64,000 nt of DNA from Deinococcales bacterium (lineage in GTDB: Bacteria > Deinococcota > Deinococci > Deinococcales > JAAFIG01). A model generated the notes under the pieces. It was not told the origin of the DNA. It worked only from the letters and a program-made list of their open reading frames with translations, and searched no databases. Both the position numbers and the translations under genes were made by a program. Shown here in pieces: positions 57,624-64,000 of this stretch (within the stretch, counting starts at the first letter, position 1; every line of letters begins with the position of its first letter). The stretch spans positions 9,497-73,496 of the forward strand of contig JANNVX010000114.1 of the NCBI GenBank assembly GCA_031414595.1, given 5' to 3'.

Positions 57624-58571
57624 ATGTTTAAGAAAATACTTATTCCTGTAGACGGCTCAGAACACAGTCAAGAAGCCGTCAGAATTGGCATTGAATTTGC
57701 CAAGCAACTACAATCTCAGATTGTCTTTACTTATGCCCAAGCCGCTTATATCACCGAATCCGATGGGCAAAAAATCCTTGCCCCAAGCCAAAAATTAGCC
57801 GAACAAGCAGGAGTAACCCATCAGACCCATTTTATAGATGGTGACAGGCAAGACGTTGGCGATGCAATCACCGACGAATCCAGCCGTTCAAACTGCGAAA
57901 TGATCATTATGGGAACACACGGACGAGACGGCATTGCCCGCCTTTTACTTGGCAGCATTGCCGAACAAGTCAGCCGTCAAGCCAAAGTACCCGTGATGTT
58001 GGTACGACCAAGTAGCACCCAAACCCCGCAATTCAAACGAATTCTGGTGGCAATAGATGGCAGCCCCTTAAGTTTACAAGCCCTGAGTATTGCCAATCAA
58101 CTTGCGGCAGGGCTTGGCGCGAACCTCGAAATTATTCATATTATTCCGAGTGTCAATTCCATCTATGGCTACACCGACATGGCATACGCGCCTATGCTTG
58201 ACTTTGCACAAATAGAAAAAGACCTCGAGAATGGCAGTCAAGCGATCATCAAAGCTGCCTTAGCCAGCCTCGAGACCAACCCAGTTAAAGTGACCCATAT
58301 TCGAGCCGAAAGTATCCCCGCCGGACTCCTGAGTGTTGGTCAAGCGATTCTTCAAGTCATCGCCGACCACAAAAGTGATTTAATGATCATCGGTACACAT
58401 GGTTATAGCGGTCTCGAGCGGCTGCTTTTGGGCAGTGTTGCCGAAGCTGTTTCGCACCATGCCAAAATTCCTGTTTTGCTGATTCGCGCCGACCCGAATA
58501 AGCCAGTTGCTCCATTACTGACAAATGGTTTACAAGATGCTCTGGAAAAGGGTTTGTTGGATGCTCTATAA
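57624..58571 (+). CDS. Tandem-domain universal stress protein
   Basis: MFKKILIPVDGS, MGTHGR.G..RLLLGSIAE, RILVAIDGS, GTHG..G..RLLLGSVAE. Confidence 0.93.
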   Translation: MFKKILIPVDGSEHSQEAVRIGIEFAKQLQSQIVFTYAQAAYITESDGQKILAPSQKLAEQAGVTHQTHFIDGDRQDVGDAITDESSRSNCEMIIMGTHGRDGIARLLLGSIAEQVSRQAKVPVMLVRPSSTQTPQFKRILVAIDGSPLSLQALSIANQLAAGLGANLEIIHIIPSVNSIYGYTDMAYAPMLDFAQIEKDLENGSQAIIKAALASLETNPVKVTHIRAESIPAGLLSVGQAILQVIADHKSDLMIIGTHGYSGLERLLLGSVAEAVSHHAKIPVLLIRADPNKPVAPLLTNGLQDALEKGLLDAL

Positions 58572-58622
58572 GCAACGCTAGGAATTGAAATTTCTCATCT
58601 CGAAGTGTAAAGATTTTTATCT

Positions 58623-59681
58623 ATGGTCACCCGTGAAGTCACAATGCCTTTTCTTGCTGCACTCATCCTTGGGATGGGCTTACTGACCGTCTCGAGTGTG
58701 GCGACTCCTGAAAACACACAAAAGCAATTGATTGGGGTGGGTTTGATGCTTGCTCCAATTCTGACATTGTGGTTTTTGGGTCGGCGGCGTATGTACCAGT
58801 TGACTGTGCCAGCTTACGCAGTTTCGATGTTTTTGTTGTGCTTGGTCAGCTTAATAGGAGTTGAAGTCAATGGCAATAAAAATTGGTTTGCCCTACCCGG
58901 TTTTCAGTTTCAACCACTCGAGTTTGGTAAAATCGCCCTGATTCTGATGCTGGCACGCTACTTGCGTGACCCTTTTAAGTCGGTGCGAGATTATATTCCC
59001 GTAGCGGCTATTTCTTTACCAATGCTGCTGGTCACTTTTATTGGCACAAGCGATACAGGTGGAGTGATGGTTCTGAGTGCGATTATCCTTGGGATGATGG
59101 CGGTACGCGGTATTCCGTGGAGGCATTTGTTGCTGGCAGTCGTATTTTTAGGGGTTGTAATTCCAACGGTGGTTGTGCCGCGTCTATCGGCTTTTCACAA
59201 GGAACGCTTAACGATGTTTCTCAATCCCGAAGCTGACTCGAGAGGCAAGGGCTATCAGTATATCCAAAGCCGTATTGCCATCGGTTCGGGTGGTGTGTCG
59301 GGCAAGGGCTACCGCCAAGGGACGCAATCCCAAGGGGGGTTTGTTCCCGCCGACCATACCGATTTTATTTTTGCGCCTTGGGCAGAAGAACAGGGGTTTA
59401 TTGGTGGGGTGCTGTTGATGCTGATTTTTGTGGCTCTTTTTTGGCGTTTAGCTGCTCTGGGTGGCGAATGTCTGCAAGGTACAGACCGCTTGGTGATTGG
59501 TGGGGTTTTGGCTTTACTTGGTTTTCAGGTGCTGCAAAACATTGGGGCGGCGATTGGGGTTGCACCACTGACCGGTTTAACTTTGCCGCTTTTTAGTTAT
59601 GGTCCCTCGAGCTTATTATCGACAGCGACAGCCTTAAGTGTTGCCTATGTGGTTCATCGTGACCGCTTTGAAGATTTTTAA
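58623..59681 (+). CDS. rodA: SEDS family peptidoglycan polymerase (RodA/FtsW)
   Basis: NG.K.W, QPLEF.K, GYQ..QS..AIGSGG..GKG, P..HTDFIF...AEE.G, P.TG.TLP.FSYG.SS. Confidence 0.85.
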   Translation: MVTREVTMPFLAALILGMGLLTVSSVATPENTQKQLIGVGLMLAPILTLWFLGRRRMYQLTVPAYAVSMFLLCLVSLIGVEVNGNKNWFALPGFQFQPLEFGKIALILMLARYLRDPFKSVRDYIPVAAISLPMLLVTFIGTSDTGGVMVLSAIILGMMAVRGIPWRHLLLAVVFLGVVIPTVVVPRLSAFHKERLTMFLNPEADSRGKGYQYIQSRIAIGSGGVSGKGYRQGTQSQGGFVPADHTDFIFAPWAEEQGFIGGVLLMLIFVALFWRLAALGGECLQGTDRLVIGGVLALLGFQVLQNIGAAIGVAPLTGLTLPLFSYGPSSLLSTATALSVAYVVHRDRFEDF

Positions 59682-59783
59682 GATTTAGGGCTAAGACACA
59701 ATTGAATTGTAGGGTCACAAGTTTGCTATTGCCAATGCAGACTCGGTAAAATGATGTCATCTAAAATACAAAGGGGTTGATGG

Positions 59784-60347
59784 ATGAGTTTTTTCTTGCG
59801 TATCTCCAAGGGCATTGATTGGTTTAACGAATGGGTTGGTGTAGCCATGTACTGGTTGTGCCTTGCAATGTCGTTAATTGCTGCTTATAACGCCATGGTG
59901 CGTTGGATTGGTGGAATTTTTAAGTGGCAACTTGCCAGTAATACCTTTATCGAATTGCAATGGTATTTGTTTGGAATTATGTTTTTGCTTGGCTCGGCAT
60001 ATGTACTGCGGCGTAATGGTCATGTGCGAATAGATTTGTTATTTGGCAAGTATTCGCCACGCACCCAGTCTTGGGTGGATGTGATTGGTTTTTTTATTGC
60101 CTTCCTACCATTTTATGGGTTTATGACCTACACCACTTTTCATTTTGCCCAAAAATCTTGGCAGACCTTAGAAATTTCTCCAGACCCTGGGGGTTTACCG
60201 TATTACCCGATTAAAACCATTATCCCAATCGCTTTTGCACTGCTTTTAATTCAAGGTATTTCGGAACTGATTAAACGGATTGCCCATTTACTTGGCAACG
60301 AAGACTATGCCCCGGGGCATTTTCAAAGCTCGAGGGAGGAACTCTAA
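59784..60347 (+). CDS. TRAP transporter small permease (DctQ)
   Basis: ELQWYLF..MFLLGSAY.L..NGHVRID, E.S.DPGGLP.YP.K. Confidence 0.9.
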   Translation: MSFFLRISKGIDWFNEWVGVAMYWLCLAMSLIAAYNAMVRWIGGIFKWQLASNTFIELQWYLFGIMFLLGSAYVLRRNGHVRIDLLFGKYSPRTQSWVDVIGFFIAFLPFYGFMTYTTFHFAQKSWQTLEISPDPGGLPYYPIKTIIPIAFALLLIQGISELIKRIAHLLGNEDYAPGHFQSSREEL

Positions 60348-61814
60348 ATGGAATGGATGGGTCCGGCAATGTTTGCCAGTTTAATTATTTTGCTGCTGAT
60401 TGGCTATCCTGTGGCGTTTACCCTTGGTGGTATTTCGATGCTTTGGATAGGTATTGGGCAGTTAATCGGCGCGCCCGGTGTCGAATGGATTGCTTTAGAG
60501 AGTATGCAGTTTCGGGTCTTTGGAATTATTCAAAATCAGAATTTACTAGCGATACCGTTTTTTACTTTAATGGGAACAATCCTTGATAAATCTGGGCTTG
60601 CCGAGGACATGCTCGAGACGATAGGGATGCTTTTTGGGCGGACTCGAGGCGGGATAGCCTACGCGGTTATTCTGGTTGGGGCGATTCTTGGGGCAATTAC
60701 AGGGGTAGTGGCTGCCAGTGTGGTTTCGATGGCGTTAATCAGCATTCCGATTATGCTTAAGTACGGCTATAACAAGCGCTTAATCACGGGGACAATTGCG
60801 GCTTCGGCAACCCTGACCCAAGTCATTCCGCCTAGTTTGGTGCTGATTGTACTTGCCGATGCGTTGCGAATTGGCTACCCAGAAGTTTCAGTGGGCGATA
60901 TGTACAAAGGTGCGTTTATTCCGGGCTTTATGCTGACGGGTTTATACATGCTTTATGTGCTTGCCCTAACCATTTGGCGACCCGCCGACGTACCAGCCTT
61001 GCCACCCGAAGCGATTAAATACAAAGGCATGGCACTATTTAATAAAACAATGGTTTCGGCTGTTCCACCGATTGCCCTGATTTTTGTGGTCCTCGGCACA
61101 ACCTTTATGGGCATTGCGACACCAACCGAAGGCGGGGCAATGGGTGTGGTGGGCGCGATTATTTTAACCATGTGGAAAAAAACCTTCAATATGAAAATGC
61201 TGATTGGCGCAGTTGAAGGGGCAACCCGTATCACCGCTTTGGTCTGCTTTATTCTGCTTGGCTCGAACGCCTTCAATTTGGTTTTTGAACTGGTTGGCGG
61301 GGCTGAGTGGCTCGAGGGCTTCTTTAAGAACCTGCCCGGTGGCGTGGTCGGCTTTATGATTGTGGCAAACTTAGCCTGTTTTTTCCTAGCATTTTTCCTC
61401 GAGTTCTTTGAAATCAGTTTTATTGTCATTCCGCTTCTTGCGCCTGTGGCATACTCGCTAGGTATAGATGCGGTTTGGTTTGGGGTGATGATTTCGGTCA
61501 ATATGCAGACCAGCTTTATGCACCCTCCGTTTGGCTTTGCATTGTTCTTTTTACGCGGTTGCGCCCCGCCAGAAATATCATCGAACGACATTTATATAGG
61601 TGCGATTCCTTATGTGTTTTTGCAAATAATTGGCACAGCCATTGTTGCCACTTTCCCAATTCTGACCAGTACGGTGGTTTTTGATTGGGCGTTTGGCACA
61701 CTTCCGGGATGGCTAACCAGCATCAGCATTGCCTTTGGATTTATTGCCGCCGTGGTTTTTGCCAGTCGGATTGGCGATTTGCGAATGGCTCGAGCCACCA
61801 AGAACGCAGGGTAA
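60348..61814 (+). CDS. TRAP transporter large permease (DctM)
   Basis: GYPVAF.L, LLAIPFF..MG, IPPS.VLI, G.ATPTE, NMQTSF.HPPFGFALF. Confidence 0.92.
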   Translation: MEWMGPAMFASLIILLLIGYPVAFTLGGISMLWIGIGQLIGAPGVEWIALESMQFRVFGIIQNQNLLAIPFFTLMGTILDKSGLAEDMLETIGMLFGRTRGGIAYAVILVGAILGAITGVVAASVVSMALISIPIMLKYGYNKRLITGTIAASATLTQVIPPSLVLIVLADALRIGYPEVSVGDMYKGAFIPGFMLTGLYMLYVLALTIWRPADVPALPPEAIKYKGMALFNKTMVSAVPPIALIFVVLGTTFMGIATPTEGGAMGVVGAIILTMWKKTFNMKMLIGAVEGATRITALVCFILLGSNAFNLVFELVGGAEWLEGFFKNLPGGVVGFMIVANLACFFLAFFLEFFEISFIVIPLLAPVAYSLGIDAVWFGVMISVNMQTSFMHPPFGFALFFLRGCAPPEISSNDIYIGAIPYVFLQIIGTAIVATFPILTSTVVFDWAFGTLPGWLTSISIAFGFIAAVVFASRIGDLRMARATKNAG

Positions 61815-61860
61815 AAGGCAAAAAGACGAAAGACGAAAGGCAAAAGACGAAAGGCGAAGG
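61814..61860 (+). repeat. Intergenic heptamer tandem repeat AAAG(A/G)C(G/A)
   Basis: AAAGGCA A AAAGACG AAAGACG AAAGGCA AAAGACG AAAGGCG. Confidence 0.75.
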
Positions 61861-61870
61861 TTAAAAGATT

Positions 61871-61902
61871 AAAGGGTCTGGGACAGTATCCAGACCTTTT
61901 TT
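61871..61902. terminator. Intrinsic terminator between convergent genes
   Basis: AGGGTCTGG-loop-CCAGACCT followed by a T run. Confidence 0.65.
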
Positions 61903-62350
61903 ATGTGGGATTAGTGGGGGTTTCTTCGAGTTCAAGGGCGGTTTGTGTGCCAGCGAATAAGCAGACACCAGCGCATAAAGCATACATTACACCCAGAACT
62001 AAGGTCGAGCGTTGTTGTAAACCAATGGTGATGAAAAGCGCCGAAATCATTAAAGACAGGCTGTACAAGCCGTACCAAAAAGCCGTAATTCTCGAGTAGG
62101 CGCGTATCCAACTTGGTAAGCGCCTACCAATCATCGTGGCGGTTGCGCCAGCGTTGACGGCTACACCAAGCACACAGACGGCTAGAACTGTACGACGAAT
62201 GGTCTCGAGCGTATCTGACAGCCCTAGTTTTTGGGCTTGGGTGGTAATGCTTTGAAAGCCGCTAAGTAAACCAAAGCATTCAAAAATTGCCATGACCCCC
62301 AAGAAAACAAAAAGCAATAAGCCTCGGATTCGCCATGGTGTTTGTTTCAC
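61901..62350 (-). CDS. Hypothetical four-TM membrane protein
   Basis: Four hydrophobic segments; GTG start preceded by TAAACT-N6. Confidence 0.6.
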   Translation of the reverse strand: MKQTPWRIRGLLLFVFLGVMAIFECFGLLSGFQSITTQAQKLGLSDTLETIRRTVLAVCVLGVAVNAGATATMIGRRLPSWIRAYSRITAFWYGLYSLSLMISALFITIGLQQRSTLVLGVMYALCAGVCLFAGTQTALELEETPTNPT

Positions 62351-62373
62351 GGCTTTAGTTTACTCGAGAAAAC

Positions 62374-62401
62374 AAAAAAGGGCGAGGATAAACTCGCCCT
62401 T
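62374..62401 (-). terminator. Intrinsic terminator of the TRAP solute-binding gene
   Basis: AAGGGCGAG-N6-CTCGCCCTT with a U tract on the minus strand. Confidence 0.75.
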
Positions 62402-62465
62402 CAAAAATCATTGTGTTGAATACAAAATACCAAAGCTAATAACTAGCGGCTAAAAGCTACTCGCT

Positions 62466-63551
62466 TTACTTCCCCAGACGGAAAGCAAATTCTTCGTAAC
62501 CGAGTTCGCCCACCGAATGCCAATCGTAAGAGGAATCACGGAAGGTTTTCCATTCGGCATAAATCTTTTTGTAGGTTGCGTCTTTTGCGCCAGTGTCCTC
62601 GAACAAATCAAAGGATTCTTTATTGGCAGCCCGCAAAATTTCGGTCGAGAAACGAATGAATTTTGCACCACGGCTCTTTAAGCGTTTAAGAGCGGCGGGG
62701 TTTTGTGCGTCGTAACGTGCCATCATGTCCACATTGGCTTCAGCCGAAGCCACTTCGATGGCGTTTTGGTAATCTTTTGGTAGGGCTTTCCATTTGTCTT
62801 TGTTGACCAAGAACGACAAGTTAGGACCTGGTTCCCACCAACCGGGGAAGTAGCAAATTGGCGCAACCTTATAAAAACCTAGTTTTTCGTCGTCATATGG
62901 ACCGACCCATTCGGCTGCGTCTACTGTACCTTTTTCTAAAGCTGGGTAAATATCGCCGCCAGCAATGGTCTGTGTGACCACACCAAGACGGGTCATGACT
63001 TGCCCACCCAAACCGGGGATACGCATTTTTAAGCCTTTTAGGTCAGCCACAGTCTTAATTTCTTTGCGCCACCAACCACCCATTTGTGCGCCTGTATTGC
63101 CACCAGGAAAATTGACGCAGTTAAAGTCATCATACACGCCACGCATTAAGGCTAAACCGCCACCTTGGTACAACCACGCATTTTGTTGACGGGCGGTTAA
63201 ACCAAACGGCAGGGCGGTATCAAAGGCTAAACTGGCGCTCTTACCAAGGTAGTAATAACCAGCAGTGTGACCCATCTCGACTGTACCGGCTTGAACTGCG
63301 TCTAGCACTTGTAGACCCGGTACGATTTCACCAGCTGCCGTCGCCCGAATTGTAAAACGCCCTTCGGTTAGTTCTTTGACCCGTTCAGAAAACACTTCTG
63401 AAGCGCCATAAATCGTGTCTAAGCTCTTGGGAAAGCTCGAGGCAAGCCGCCACCGCAGTTGTGGCGCGGTTTGGGCATAAACGGGCTGGTAGACGGTGCT
63501 GGCAGCCACCGCACCGAGACTAGCGGCTTTAAGAAAATCTCTACGCTTCAT
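62466..63551 (-). CDS. TRAP solute-binding protein, TakP (alpha-keto acid/monocarboxylate) type, Tat signal
   Basis: MKRRDFLK Tat motif, WRLASSFPKSLD, GNTGAQMGGW, KMRIPGLGG, EWVGPYDD, PGWWEP. Confidence 0.9.
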   Translation of the reverse strand: MKRRDFLKAASLGAVAASTVYQPVYAQTAPQLRWRLASSFPKSLDTIYGASEVFSERVKELTEGRFTIRATAAGEIVPGLQVLDAVQAGTVEMGHTAGYYYLGKSASLAFDTALPFGLTARQQNAWLYQGGGLALMRGVYDDFNCVNFPGGNTGAQMGGWWRKEIKTVADLKGLKMRIPGLGGQVMTRLGVVTQTIAGGDIYPALEKGTVDAAEWVGPYDDEKLGFYKVAPICYFPGWWEPGPNLSFLVNKDKWKALPKDYQNAIEVASAEANVDMMARYDAQNPAALKRLKSRGAKFIRFSTEILRAANKESFDLFEDTGAKDATYKKIYAEWKTFRDSSYDWHSVGELGYEEFAFRLGK

Positions 63552-63730
63552 ACATCCTCCTAGAACAAAACCTCGAGAAGAAACCCCAGGCTTTGATTCA
63601 TCAATTGTGGTTCGTTCGCTAGTATAGCCGATAATAATGCCTTTGGAATAGTGCATTCTTCGATAGTTTTGAAGTTATACTTGAGCTAAAGAATCAGCCT
63701 AAATTTCTCGAGACCAAACTTTTGGTTTTG

Positions 63731-63768
63731 ATTAAGGATGGTATTGTTTTTGCAATACCATCCTTAAT
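63731..63768. other. 16-bp perfect inverted repeat
   Basis: ATTAAGGATGGTATTG-N6-CAATACCATCCTTAAT. Confidence 0.7.
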
Positions 63769-63861
63769 GGGTCATAGGGCAACGTGCTGGTGGGTCATTC
63801 CTTTTGCAGAGTATCTTTAGAATTGCCCAAGAATTGTGTTTAGCATGTGATAACTAGAAGT

Positions 63862-64000
63862 TATACCAACTTTAGGTAGATAATAAGGAATGTCAAGATT
63901 AGGCACACCTCTAACCGCCCACCATACGACTGAAGAACTCGAGAAACACTACAAACAGTGCAAAGATGCCAAAGAAAAAACTCGTCGCCAAGTGATATGG
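63862..64000 (+). mobile_element. Left end of a probable IS630-family element (transposase ATG 63890, runs off the window)
   Basis: MSRLGTPLTAHHTTEELEKHYKQCKDAKEKTRRQVIW resembles the IS630 HTH N-terminus (H...EEL...Y....D..E..R.Q.IW); TA-containing TATACCAA at ~63862 is a candidate end. Confidence 0.6.

Noticed and set aside
63665-63700. TTCAG-type array upstream of the TRAP binding-protein gene
   Set aside because: TTGAA/TTGAG units are 12 bp apart, off the 11-bp grid
1-64000. CRISPR array, rRNA or tRNA genes
   Set aside because: No regularly spaced 25-40 bp repeats with unique spacers, and no rRNA- or cloverleaf-like sequence recognised by eye; intergenic gaps are short and explained by promoters or terminators

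Overview
Bacterial chromosomal window, most likely from a relatively low-GC member of Deinococcota. This is inferred from the many apparently leaderless genes with a TANNNT box 6-8 nt before the start codon and the extreme over-representation of the palindrome CTCGAG. Housekeeping flanks (left: znuA-like, COG0523 GTPase, trhO, dnaB, aminotransferase, gatC, PLP decarboxylase; right: rodA/ftsW, TRAP transporter, start of an IS630-like transposase) enclose a ~50-kb accessory block. It contains an AAA-ATPase/DUF4276 pair, a 2820-aa NdvB/Cgs glucan synthase, and many stress/dormancy genes (two Dps, three BON, four USP plus one divergent USP-like, two Hsp20, LEA-like, ElaB/YqjD-like operon, DoxX, eRF1-like). 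It also holds an anaerobic-metabolism module (NrfHA with the CxxCH heme-1 variant, frameshifted pyruvate kinase, GTP-PEPCK, AspT-family transporter, degenerate LDH, D-LDH). The main result comes from the intergenic DNA, where two distinct 11-bp-period direct-repeat operator families can be read. (1) GTAATGC-N4-GTAATGC-N8-(-10) occurs six times around two Cys-rich wHTH-BTAD (SARP-like) regulators and the anaerobic genes. (2) TTCAG-N6-TTCAG arrays, often 10 bp before a -10 box, occur at about 13 promoters, including those of an OmpR/MprA-like response regulator, a CHASE3-like/PAS kinase and one BTAD gene. Together they suggest a two-tier stress/anoxia regulatory cascade (inference). Two convergent genes are also both truncated at one shared CTCGAG, suggesting that the iterated palindrome acts as a recombination site.
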